A stretch of DNA of 64,000 bases from an uncultured virus (IMG/VR IMGVR_UViG_3300029305_003094). Its lineage: Duplodnaviria > Heunggongvirae > Uroviricota > Caudoviricetes. Position 1 is the stretch's first letter. Each line of letters starts with the position of its first letter. The stretch is taken from IMG/VR virus record IMGVR_UViG_3300029305_003094. One strand, written 5' to 3'. Made by a program: the position numbers and the translations under genes. Below the pieces are notes generated by a model. That model was not told where the DNA came from, ran no database searches, and saw nothing but the letters and a program-made list of their open reading frames with translations. This document shows positions 6,926-15,810 of the stretch, in pieces.

Positions 6926-9093
6926 TAAAATCAGAACTGTTGAAGCTGCGCACCTTGAAGGCAACGCCAAAAATGATGGAAATGGCGAGAAACGATAAGA
7001 AGGAGATGCGAACGGTGACCTCGAGCTGGGGCTGGTCGCATCCAAAGAAGGCATACCAGTATTCGCTATTTCTAAGATGCCAAACCCTAAAAGGTTACTT
7101 GAAGATTGCATTCTTCGATCCAAAACAAATGCGGTGTGGAAGCAATATGCCGGTTTTTGAATTGTTTATCAGCAAAAAGGCCGGACAGTTTTTGACCTAT
7201 GACCGAGCAAACCAAAAATGGTCAAGGGCAATGGTTCATAATTTGGATCTTCCTGATAAGGAGGAACGGACTGAACGGTGGATCAACCCGGAGGGCGCTA
7301 AAACGATCAAGCAATATCTTGGCGTCGATGAGCCAGTCTTAAGAGGGGTTAGAGCTTATCAAGAAAAGATCCGAGAAGATGATTTGATCAGATCATACAG
7401 ACGAGAGACTGATCCGTGGGATTTGGAATTGAAACAGACCCCCCAGCTTCCGAAGGATTGGAAAAAGTGGGTGGCAAAGACTGCTATCCAAGAAAACTAC
7501 ATTTTTTACGATTATGAGAAAAGCGGAGCAAAAACAGGATACTGCAGCTTTTGCGAGAAGACAGTTCCGATAACCCAACCGAGGCACAATCAGAAAGGAA
7601 AGTGCAAGTGTTGCGGCAAGCCAATCACATTTAAGGCGAACGGAAAAAACAGTAAGGTCGAAAGTAAAAAACAATATGTGTATCTGATCCAAAGAACGGA
7701 GTCCGGGTTTGTGATCCGAGAGTTTCAAGCGCAGAAGTATTATGTCCGCGGAAAAAACTGGGTGGAATCTGTGTGGACACATGAAAGCCGCCGATCCTTC
7801 TTTGATAAAGGGGCAAGGCCGCTTAGTGCGTACTACTGGGGAGTCTACAGAAACAGAGAAGTACGCTTTGTAAAATCTGGAATCTGTAGCATTGGATGGT
7901 GCGGTGTCGAGAAAGGAAAAGTGTACGGAAGGACAATTCCATCATTATCCCAATCGGAGCTGCTTCACACCGGCTTACCGGAGTACATGAAGCGGATAGA
8001 TATTCTAGATCCCGAGAAGTACTTGGCGATATGGAATCGATATCATCAACTAGAACAATTGGTGAAAGCCGGGTTGCATGCCTTAGTGGATGAATGCGTG
8101 GACAGCTCGTCAAAAATGGATGAAGCACACAGTGGCAAGGCCGGCGGCTTGGCGAAGCAGATGCGAATTGATGAGCAGCGGCTTAAGAGGCTACGGAAAA
8201 ACAACGGCGGTCTTTTCTTTTTGCGGTGGCTTAGGTATGAGAAGAAGAACAGCAAGAGCTTTCCTGATGAAATGATCTGCTGGTTTAGTAAGAATGGTGT
8301 GGATCCCGGAGGAATCGGATTCATCCGGGACAGAATGAGCGATCTGCAGATATACAACTACATCCGCCGGCAGATGGTTGAAACCGGTATGAAGTGCCAA
8401 GAGGTAATCACAACATGGAAGGATTACCTTTCAATGGCGAAAAAGTACAAGCTGGATGTGAATGATGCAATTGTATATCGGGCATCCAAACTGAAACAGA
8501 GACATGATGAGCTGGTGATTCGTGGAAAACGCTTAGACCTTGAAGCCGAGGCGAAAAAGGAGCAGAGGAAGTATCCACATGTGGAGCAGATCTTGCACGA
8601 AATCAAGGAAATATATTCGTTCCAAGGTGAAGAATACAGTGTAGTGGTTCCGGATGGCATAGTCGATATCATGATAGAGGGCCAAAACCTAAGCCATTGT
8701 GTTGGCAGCAGTGAGCGTTATTATGACCGGATCGAGCGTCAAGAAAGCTACATTATGTTTTTGCGGAAAACAAAAACGCCGGAGCAGTCCTATTACACCC
8801 TTGAGGTGGAACCGGGTGGAACGATTCGCCAGAAGCGTACTATGTTTGATCGCCAACACCCAGATGTGGATCAAGCAACTAGATTCTTGAAGCAATGGCA
8901 GAAAGAAGTATCTAAGCGATTGACAGAGCAGCAGCGGAAACTTGCAGAAAAAAGCAAGCAGCTTCGCACAGAAGGTTTTGAACAGATGCGACGGGATCGA
9001 GTAATCATCAATGCCGGAGAACTCCGAGGACGGATGCTTGTGGACGTTCTTATGGCAGACCTTATGGAGAATCAGGAGGAGAAAACAGCATGA
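6922..9093 (+). CDS. PcfJ-domain protein
   Basis: C-terminal WKDYLSMA...LKQRHD...EGQNLSHCVG...YYTLEV; CSFC/CKCC Zn ribbon. Confidence 0.85.
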   Translation: MIKSELLKLRTLKATPKMMEMARNDKKEMRTVTSSWGWSHPKKAYQYSLFLRCQTLKGYLKIAFFDPKQMRCGSNMPVFELFISKKAGQFLTYDRANQKWSRAMVHNLDLPDKEERTERWINPEGAKTIKQYLGVDEPVLRGVRAYQEKIREDDLIRSYRRETDPWDLELKQTPQLPKDWKKWVAKTAIQENYIFYDYEKSGAKTGYCSFCEKTVPITQPRHNQKGKCKCCGKPITFKANGKNSKVESKKQYVYLIQRTESGFVIREFQAQKYYVRGKNWVESVWTHESRRSFFDKGARPLSAYYWGVYRNREVRFVKSGICSIGWCGVEKGKVYGRTIPSLSQSELLHTGLPEYMKRIDILDPEKYLAIWNRYHQLEQLVKAGLHALVDECVDSSSKMDEAHSGKAGGLAKQMRIDEQRLKRLRKNNGGLFFLRWLRYEKKNSKSFPDEMICWFSKNGVDPGGIGFIRDRMSDLQIYNYIRRQMVETGMKCQEVITTWKDYLSMAKKYKLDVNDAIVYRASKLKQRHDELVIRGKRLDLEAEAKKEQRKYPHVEQILHEIKEIYSFQGEEYSVVVPDGIVDIMIEGQNLSHCVGSSERYYDRIERQESYIMFLRKTKTPEQSYYTLEVEPGGTIRQKRTMFDRQHPDVDQATRFLKQWQKEVSKRLTEQQRKLAEKSKQLRTEGFEQMRRDRVIINAGELRGRMLVDVLMADLMENQEEKTA

Positions 9094-10169
9094 GCAATAT
9101 TGTATCTGTACGGGACATTGAAACCGTAACAGCTGAGATCGTAACCATCCATGCACACACGCAGCGCATGATGCTGACGGGTGCCATTGAGATCGGCCGC
9201 CGGTTGGTGGAGGCTAAGAGCATGGTTGCCTATGGTGAGTGGGGACGCTATTTGGAAGAGCGAGTGAGCTACAGCGTGTCCACCGCCAATAACCTGATGA
9301 AACTGTTTCAGGAGTACGGTGATAATCAGGCGTCTTTGTTTGATAATTTTGCAAATTCCCAAACATTTCAGAATTTGACCTACACAAAGGCGCTGGCTAT
9401 GCTGGCGCTGCCGGCAGAGCTGCGGCAGACTTTTGCCGAGGAGCATGATGTGGAAGGGATGTCCACCCGTGAGGTGCAGGGTGCCGTGCAGGCTGAGCTG
9501 GACAAGCTGAAGGCAGAGAAGGCCCAGACGGAGAAAAAGCTGGACGAGGCCTGCGAGCACAACGATGACCTGCGGCAGCGGCTGGAAGAAGAACGAGCCA
9601 AGAAAGAGGATCTGCAAGAGCAGACCGGTACCCTTGGTGTAAAAATCGACAGGCTGCAGAAGGAAAAGGAGAAGGCTGAGCTCTCGGAGCAGAATGCTCT
9701 GCGGCTGGTGGAGAAGCTGAATAAGAAGGTGGCGGCAGCGGAAAAGGCAGAACAGGCCGCCAAAGAGGCGCTGAAGAAGGCGCAAGAAAATCCCGAGATC
9801 CCGGATGCTGTAATGGAGGAAATGCGCCAGCAGGTGGCGGCAGATGCCGCGGCCAAGGCTACGGAAGATCTGCAGAAGCAGCTTGCCGATGCCAAGGAGC
9901 AGCTGGCGGCAACCGTAAAGGCCAGACAGGAAGCCGAGGAGGCGGAACAGAAGACCCGGGAGAAGCTGGCCGCCGCCGAGCGTGCTGCCAAGATGCAGAA
10001 TCCCGATGTGGCGGTGTTCCAGAGCTTGTACATTCAGCTGCAGGAGACATGGAATCGCTGCGTTGGTGCCTATAACAAGGTGAAGCAGAGTGATGATACC
10101 TCTGCCGCCAACTGCAAGAAGGCGCTGGAGGCGGCGATCGCCAAGTTCGGAAGCGACATTGCCGGCTGA
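9090..10169 (+). CDS. DUF3102-type protein with long coiled coil
   Basis: IEIGRRLVEAK...GEWGRYLEE...STANNLMK. Confidence 0.8.
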   Translation: MSNIVSVRDIETVTAEIVTIHAHTQRMMLTGAIEIGRRLVEAKSMVAYGEWGRYLEERVSYSVSTANNLMKLFQEYGDNQASLFDNFANSQTFQNLTYTKALAMLALPAELRQTFAEEHDVEGMSTREVQGAVQAELDKLKAEKAQTEKKLDEACEHNDDLRQRLEEERAKKEDLQEQTGTLGVKIDRLQKEKEKAELSEQNALRLVEKLNKKVAAAEKAEQAAKEALKKAQENPEIPDAVMEEMRQQVAADAAAKATEDLQKQLADAKEQLAATVKARQEAEEAEQKTREKLAAAERAAKMQNPDVAVFQSLYIQLQETWNRCVGAYNKVKQSDDTSAANCKKALEAAIAKFGSDIAG

Positions 10170-10171
10170 TC

Positions 10172-10531
10172 ATGTTCTTTTTCTTTATGCCGGAAGAAGA
10201 AAAGGATTCCGTGTGGCGGCCCTACATGGACGAGCTGGGTATGACCCGTGCCATTGAGAACATCAAGCGACAGGGATACCGCTACGGCTGGGTGACAAAA
10301 GCGTTCGGCCCGGAGGATGGCGCAAGCTACCATCCAAAGGGTGGTGCCTTCCACAAAAGCAAATGCCCCTACTATGAGGGATGGTGGTGGGCCGGTGGCT
10401 TCGGTGCGGTGCAGTGCAATGCCGTGCCGGAGCTGCTGCCCGGATTTGTTCACGATAGCACGTGCGAGCGCCGTCATACGGAATGTCCGTTTTACAAAAA
10501 CAAGGAGGCTGAGAAATGCCCAAATACATAA
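10172..10531 (+). CDS. Hypothetical protein
   Basis: ORF fills the operon gap; Cys/His rich. Confidence 0.55.
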   Translation: MFFFFMPEEEKDSVWRPYMDELGMTRAIENIKRQGYRYGWVTKAFGPEDGASYHPKGGAFHKSKCPYYEGWWWAGGFGAVQCNAVPELLPGFVHDSTCERRHTECPFYKNKEAEKCPNT

Positions 10532-10815
10532 CAACTGAAAATCTGTTGGCAGGCGCCGGTGATTATCTCGCCGGTGTCGCCTTCGCCAAAATGGGGCGTG
10601 GCAGTGGAAAATCGCAGCTGGCCATGATAGAAATGCTGAACCACCTGACCAAAACTGTGCCGGCAGAGGATGTGCGGCCTGTGGTACCCTGCAAGATCTG
10701 CAGTAAACGTGAAATGAAGGACGGGTTCTACTGGTGCAAGCCCTGCGGCTACCGCTGCCACGATGAAAACTGGTACTGCCCGGCAGGTGTGAGGAGGGTG
10801 AAAGATGAGTCGTGA
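10516..10815 (+). CDS. Hypothetical protein (DVRPVV.C..C motif)
   Basis: AAGGAGG RBS; Cys-rich C-terminus typical of early-region genes. Confidence 0.7.
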   Translation: MPKYITTENLLAGAGDYLAGVAFAKMGRGSGKSQLAMIEMLNHLTKTVPAEDVRPVVPCKICSKREMKDGFYWCKPCGYRCHDENWYCPAGVRRVKDES

Positions 10816-11116
10816 GTATCCGTGCATATATCACAAGGCTGGATGTTGTACGAAATTCCCTCCTGAGCCGGATTACACGGATTTTTGCGTATATGGTCCG
10901 TGCGGCCTCCAGAAGAGATCAAATGGTGATCGACTGCGAGCGATGGAGGATGATGAACTGGCGCTGTTCTTGGCTGAACGAATGGCAAAGCAGAGTATTC
11001 TGCGGCTGGCCGATGAAGGCGTGAGGGTTACTGAAACTCAGAAGCGTGCCCTTGTGGAACAACTGTATTTTGTGTGGCTGCGATGGATCACTGCCCCGGA
11101 GGAGGTGGAGACGTGA
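10805..11116 (+). CDS. Hypothetical protein (NGDRLRAMEDDELA motif)
   Basis: RBS; common phage early-region motif. Confidence 0.7.
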   Translation: MSREYPCIYHKAGCCTKFPPEPDYTDFCVYGPCGLQKRSNGDRLRAMEDDELALFLAERMAKQSILRLADEGVRVTETQKRALVEQLYFVWLRWITAPEEVET

Positions 11117-11262
11117 AGCTGGCAACGGCTATTGCTCGTGTGATCGAAGAATATGAGAGGGCAAAGAAATTGGACTTTATCTACAATCCTGTGGCTTGGG
11201 CGCTATACAAGGTGTGGAAAGAAGCGGACAACGCGCCTCCGAAAAGTGGGGTGAAGAAATGA
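11113..11262 (+). CDS. Small hypothetical protein
   Basis: GGAGGTG RBS, GTGA overlap. Confidence 0.65.
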   Translation: MKLATAIARVIEEYERAKKLDFIYNPVAWALYKVWKEADNAPPKSGVKK

Positions 11263-11555
11263 TTTGCGATAACTGCATAGTAGAGAACTGCTCAGATCGG
11301 GAGAATAAGACGGTCGTAATTGCCTGCTCTGCATATAAAAAACCGCCGACCAATGCAGACCGCATCCGGGCCATGAGCGACGAGGAACTGGCGAAGGGAA
11401 TTTATAGACATTGGCAGGATGGTGATGACTTAGCTATGGCGTGGTGCGACGGCATAGATAAGAGAACTGGTCGTGAATGCTACGAGTGTAATAGGAAAAA
11501 GATCCTAGATTGTATTCTCAGATGGCTACAACAGCAGGCAAAGGAGAAGTTGTGA
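11259..11555 (+). CDS. Hypothetical protein (TNADRIRAMSDEELA motif)
   Basis: ATGA overlap; shares motif with ORF 10805. Confidence 0.7.
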   Translation: MICDNCIVENCSDRENKTVVIACSAYKKPPTNADRIRAMSDEELAKGIYRHWQDGDDLAMAWCDGIDKRTGRECYECNRKKILDCILRWLQQQAKEKL

Positions 11556-11758
11556 TGGATGGCAGATGGGATCCGGTACGCAAGGCACCCAGATATTTTG
11601 GCATTTGCGCAAAATGTGGAAAAGAGCGTGAAAAAAGAGTTATGGCACAGCTTTACATTAAGGCAGACAGCTATCGGCCGATGCGTGTACTCTGCCACAT
11701 TTGCCAGAGATGCTTGCCGGAGTTGCTGGACGAACTGGAAGTGTCTATGCCGGAATAG
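11555..11758 (+). CDS. Hypothetical Zn-finger protein
   Basis: CAKC/CQRC; AAGGAG RBS. Confidence 0.65.
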   Translation: MDGRWDPVRKAPRYFGICAKCGKEREKRVMAQLYIKADSYRPMRVLCHICQRCLPELLDELEVSMPE

Positions 11759-11763
11759 GAGGA

Positions 11764-12147
11764 ATGACCGTGGCAGGTGGATTAAGATATCAGACGGGGC
11801 GACAGATGCCGCCAGGGATGCAGGAGCTTTACGGTGTGAAGGTGGCGGCTGAAATGCTGCAGCAAGGGTTGGTCGATCCTACGCACAAGGAGCAGCTGCT
11901 TAAGGGAGTTCTAGGAGAACAACCGCAGCAGCCTACGGCGACAGATCTTTGTCAGAGGATGCCATACTGTGGAGAAGCTCCTGAGGCAGAAAATCTGCCG
12001 GCATGTCCCTTCTGCGAAAGCGAGAATCTACTGATCGACCGGGACTCGGAAGGCTGGTTCGTGGAATGCAACGGCTGTCTCGCGGAAGGCCCACGGGCAA
12101 AGACCCAATCGGAAGCCGAGAAACGCTGGGCAAGGAGGTTTATGTAA
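11764..12147 (+). CDS. Lar (restriction alleviation)-like Zn-ribbon protein
   Basis: C-terminal CPFC...VECNGC..EGP...EAEKRW pattern. Confidence 0.6.
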   Translation: MTVAGGLRYQTGRQMPPGMQELYGVKVAAEMLQQGLVDPTHKEQLLKGVLGEQPQQPTATDLCQRMPYCGEAPEAENLPACPFCESENLLIDRDSEGWFVECNGCLAEGPRAKTQSEAEKRWARRFM

Positions 12148-12308
12148 TGCCAGATGAAGAGCTGATAAACGAGCTGCAGACCAAAGCCAAAGAGCTTGGT
12201 GCGGATTTTAGGTGGCTCATTGATGAGCTTATCAAACGCTTTAAGATCGCCAAATTCAATCAACAAATCAAAATGGGAAGGACTATAGAACATGAAAGTC
12301 GCCGATGA
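12147..12308 (+). CDS. Small hypothetical protein
   Basis: AAGGAGG RBS, TAATG coupling. Confidence 0.6.
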   Translation: MPDEELINELQTKAKELGADFRWLIDELIKRFKIAKFNQQIKMGRTIEHESRR

Positions 12309-12549
12309 AGAAAGAAACGACTATGCCGTAGATGCACTGGTGCGCGAGGTGGAGCGCCGCAGGGATGAAAAGCCGTGCCGCCGGTACAGTTATGGAAGAC
12401 TGGTGGCGGATACCACGATGGAGGAACGGGAAGGCATTGCAGAGCGCTACCTTGCCCGTATATCCAAAGTTCCGCAGCGTGCCGAACGATTTGAAGAGCC
12501 GGACGATGATCGCGCCATACAAAAAGTAGCGGCTATGGCTGAGAAATGA
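12292..12549 (+). CDS. Hypothetical protein
   Basis: ORF in operon, AAGGA RBS. Confidence 0.6.
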   Translation: MKVADEERNDYAVDALVREVERRRDEKPCRRYSYGRLVADTTMEEREGIAERYLARISKVPQRAERFEEPDDDRAIQKVAAMAEK

Positions 12550-12621
12550 ATATGGACCACATCCCGGTAAGGGTCGCACGAAAAGGTGCTGCAGCTATCT
12601 GCTGAGCCGGGATCGACCGCA

Positions 12622-12720
12622 ATTTGATTTTGTATGGATGCCACCCGTGCGGTGGTATCCATAGAGAATCAAATAAATTTTTATCGCGCGCACGCGCGAT
12701 TGTGGGCTAGGTAAAGCCCT
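12622..12720. promoter_or_regulatory. Inverted-repeat cluster, candidate Rep origin
   Basis: Long hairpin 12622-12674, ATCGCGCGCACGCGCGAT palindrome, GGGCT/AGCCC hairpin, directly upstream of the HUH Rep. Confidence 0.5.
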
Positions 12721-12756
12721 AAGTTCTCAACCATTTACACCTAAGGAGGAAGTCTG

Positions 12757-13629
12757 ATGGCAAAGGAAGGCTACTTCGTGATCCGCACATACGTTGCAGG
12801 TGATATCGGGGAAAAGACAAAGTTCTTTGTCCCCGGTAAGAGACCTGCAAATAACAACTTGTCAAGACGCCAAAGAAATGCGATCAAGAAGCAGGAACAG
12901 AATGAGCACTCTGCTGTGAAGAATCTAGCACGGGGCATCAACGCAAACTTCCGCGCAGGTGATCTTCTCTTGGGGTTGGACTACAGTGATGAGGGCCATG
13001 CCCGGATCCTGAAGTGGGGTAGGGAACACGGTCTTCCGGTTGATTCCGAAAACGAAGAAGAAAAACGGGACGCTATCTGGGCATCGGCTTCTCATGAACT
13101 GGAGATCGCACTCAGAAGAGTGGTCCGCAGACTGAAAAAACAAGGCATTGAACTGAAGGCATATTATTGCACATCGGATATGGATGGAAAGACGAAGAAG
13201 CAAGTCCGTGTGCATCATCATCTGGTAGTCAATTCTGAGACCAGGCAGGCGTTCGTGGATGCGTGGCAGAAATACGGACTTGGTGGCGTGGAGTGGGAAG
13301 CGCTCTGGGATAATCAGATCGACCGTACGCCAATTGCGAAGTACATAATCGATCAGGTGCGCCGGATCCCGGATGCAAAGAAATATCGACACACCAAAAA
13401 CATTGTGCTGCCGGCTCCAAAGAACAGGGTCGTGGTGACGGATAACGAGCTGCTTGTGCCACGGGGCGGAAAGCTGATCTACCGTCAGGAGTACGAAAGC
13501 AAGGGAGATGTTTCAGACTACTGCAGAAATTACCAGCCGCAGTATATCCGGTACATAACGCCTGATGCGCTTCGAAGGTTGGAAAAAGAACGGGAAAAAC
13601 GGGCCGAAAAGAAGGAGGCAAATCAATGA
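12757..13629 (+). CDS. HUH-family rolling-circle-type replication initiator
   Basis: RVHHHLVV (HUH), IAKYII catalytic Tyr motif, INANF...LGLDY motif I; no other replication gene in the prophage. Confidence 0.75.
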   Translation: MAKEGYFVIRTYVAGDIGEKTKFFVPGKRPANNNLSRRQRNAIKKQEQNEHSAVKNLARGINANFRAGDLLLGLDYSDEGHARILKWGREHGLPVDSENEEEKRDAIWASASHELEIALRRVVRRLKKQGIELKAYYCTSDMDGKTKKQVRVHHHLVVNSETRQAFVDAWQKYGLGGVEWEALWDNQIDRTPIAKYIIDQVRRIPDAKKYRHTKNIVLPAPKNRVVVTDNELLVPRGGKLIYRQEYESKGDVSDYCRNYQPQYIRYITPDALRRLEKEREKRAEKKEANQ

Positions 13630-14069
13630 GTAAGCCGAGATATAACTGGTGGCCGTTTGTGCTGAACATCATCCGCGACTATCCGGAAAGGCGGTTGGAG
13701 CTGAAGCGGATGAAGGAGCAAAAGACCACCGCCAGTATGACCGGAATGCCGAGAAGTGGGGGAGCTGGCCGGAGCGTTGAGAACCTTGCCACCAGAAGCC
13801 TGCCACCGCAGGAGCAAAAGGAACACGATGCCGTTCTGAAGGCGTTAAACAAGACAAAAGCAATGCCGGACGGAAAGCTCCGTCTGGGTGTGGTTCGTCT
13901 GACCTTATGGAGAAATTTTAACACGGCCGGCGCAGCAATGCAGCTGAACACCTCAGAAAGGACAGCGAGGCGGTATCGATGGCAGTTTGTGCTGTTGACG
14001 GGGTTTGCATATGGATTTCTCACAGAGGATGAGTACCGAGCTGCAATCAAAAAAGATATGCCAGTGTAA
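13626..14069 (+). CDS. Late transcriptional activator (ArpU/RinA-like)
   Basis: C-terminal AAMQLNTSERTARRY HTH; last gene before terminase. Confidence 0.75.
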   Translation: MSKPRYNWWPFVLNIIRDYPERRLELKRMKEQKTTASMTGMPRSGGAGRSVENLATRSLPPQEQKEHDAVLKALNKTKAMPDGKLRLGVVRLTLWRNFNTAGAAMQLNTSERTARRYRWQFVLLTGFAYGFLTEDEYRAAIKKDMPV

Positions 14070-14072
14070 AAC

Positions 14073-14105
14073 TGGACTCCCAGCGCCAAGAAAATGTGCT
14101 ATACT
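14073..14105 (+). promoter_or_regulatory. Late promoter candidate
   Basis: Extended -10 TGCTATACT without a consensus -35; TGGA...GCCA element upstream. Confidence 0.5.
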
Positions 14106-14220
14106 GCTACCATCGAACGAGCAGGATGACGGGGAAAAGTCACCCTTGCTCTTTTGGGTTCCGGCACAGAAAACGCTGGAGGGTGGGACTGGGGAATTCA
14201 AGAAAAAGAGGGGCGGTGTT

Positions 14221-15810
14221 ATGGCTGCACGTTTGACAGATAAGCAAAAGGCAAAGATCGTATCAGACTATGTCGAAATGGGCAGTTATAATGCCGTGGC
14301 AAAAAAGCACGGTGTGGCTCGTAATACAATTAAAGCGATCGTTCAGAAAAGTGAAGAATTTGCCACAAAATGCGCAGATAAAAAAGAGGAGGTCCAGAAA
14401 AGCATCTTGGACCACATGGAAAGTAAGCGCGATGTGGTAAACGAGATCATCACCAAGGGGCTTGATGTGCTGAATACACCGGGCAAGATGCAAAGCGCCA
14501 CGCCGGCACAGATCACTACTGCGCTGGGGACTTTGATCGATAAGTTTGTCCCGGTTGATGGCCGCACAGAAAATGAAACGGCATACGAGCTGCCGGCACG
14601 GGTGCTGGGCAGGGCTTTTGTGGATCTGAACCGTGAGATACGGCCAAATATTTCCTATGTACTGGAGGGCGGCAGAGGCTCGCTGAAGTCCTCTTTTGTC
14701 TCGTTGAAGGTTGTTGAGCTGATTAAAAATAATCCGCAAATGCATGCTGTGATCACCCGTCAGGTGGGAAATACGCTGAAGGACTCGGTCTATAACCAAA
14801 TGCGGTGGGCCATTAACACGCTGGGCCTTGCGGAGGAATTTTCCTTCAAGGTGAGTCCGTTGGAAATAGTCTACAAGAAGACCGGACAGATCATCTACTT
14901 CCGCGGACTGGACGATGAGACCAAGCTGAAGGGCATAAAAGTGCCATTCGGGTACATCGGCATCCTGTGGAAAGAAGAAAAGGACCAAATGAAGGGGCCG
15001 GCGCAGGAGCGATCCACAAACCAGTCAGTGCTCCGTGGCGGTGCGGAATCTTACGACTTCAGCACCTACAACCCACCGAAGAGCAGATCTTCGTGGGTGA
15101 ACAAGGAGAAGCTCACACCCAACGAAAACAGGGTGATCCATTTCTCCACCTACAAGGATGCGCCACCGGAATGGCTGGGCGCAAAGTTCCTCAGTGATGC
15201 TGAGCACCTGAAGGAGGTAAACCCGTCAGCATATGAGCACGAATACATGGGTATCCCCAACGGCGACGGCGGCGCCGTTTTTGAGTATTTGGAGATACGA
15301 AGAATAACCGATGAAGAAATAGCGCGAATGGACAGGATCTATCAGGGTGTAGACTTTGGCTGGTATCCTGATCGATTCGCGTTTTTGCGTACCTATTACG
15401 ATGCTGCCCGGGAGAAGATCTACCTGCTGGACGAGCTGTACGTAAACAAGTGGAGCAACGCACAGACGGCCAAATGGATCTTGGACAAAAAATACGATGA
15501 TTATACGATCACCTGCGACAGCGCCGAGCCCAAATCCGTAAACGATTACAGGGATGCCGGGCTACCTGCCCGTGGAGCAGAAAAAGGACCCGGTTCCGTG
15601 GAGTATGGCTTCAAATGGCTGCAGGGGCGTACACTCGTGATCGATCCGCACCGTACACCTTATGCCCATGAAGAGATCATTGCTTACCAGTACGACAGGG
15701 ATAAGGATGGCAATGTGATCAGCGGATACCCGGACCGGAACGATCACGCCATATCAGCGCTCCGGTACGCATACGAACAGCTTTTTAACAGAAGGGGCAC
15801 CAGCGCATGA
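14221..15810 (+). CDS. terL: PBSX-family terminase large subunit with N-terminal TerS-like HTH region
   Basis: GGRGSLKS Walker A, WKEE Walker B, GVDFGW nuclease motif, NDHAISALRYA; extra ~120-aa N-terminus. Confidence 0.92.
   Translation: MAARLTDKQKAKIVSDYVEMGSYNAVAKKHGVARNTIKAIVQKSEEFATKCADKKEEVQKSILDHMESKRDVVNEIITKGLDVLNTPGKMQSATPAQITTALGTLIDKFVPVDGRTENETAYELPARVLGRAFVDLNREIRPNISYVLEGGRGSLKSSFVSLKVVELIKNNPQMHAVITRQVGNTLKDSVYNQMRWAINTLGLAEEFSFKVSPLEIVYKKTGQIIYFRGLDDETKLKGIKVPFGYIGILWKEEKDQMKGPAQERSTNQSVLRGGAESYDFSTYNPPKSRSSWVNKEKLTPNENRVIHFSTYKDAPPEWLGAKFLSDAEHLKEVNPSAYEHEYMGIPNGDGGAVFEYLEIRRITDEEIARMDRIYQGVDFGWYPDRFAFLRTYYDAAREKIYLLDELYVNKWSNAQTAKWILDKKYDDYTITCDSAEPKSVNDYRDAGLPARGAEKGPGSVEYGFKWLQGRTLVIDPHRTPYAHEEIIAYQYDRDKDGNVISGYPDRNDHAISALRYAYEQLFNRRGTSA

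Noticed and set aside
14005..14220. Extended upstream starts in the ORF track (terL from 14005; also repressor 3380, terS 51916, fliB 32394, endolysin 30172, holin 30806)
   Set aside because: Downstream starts with clear Shine-Dalgarno sequences or domain boundaries fit better
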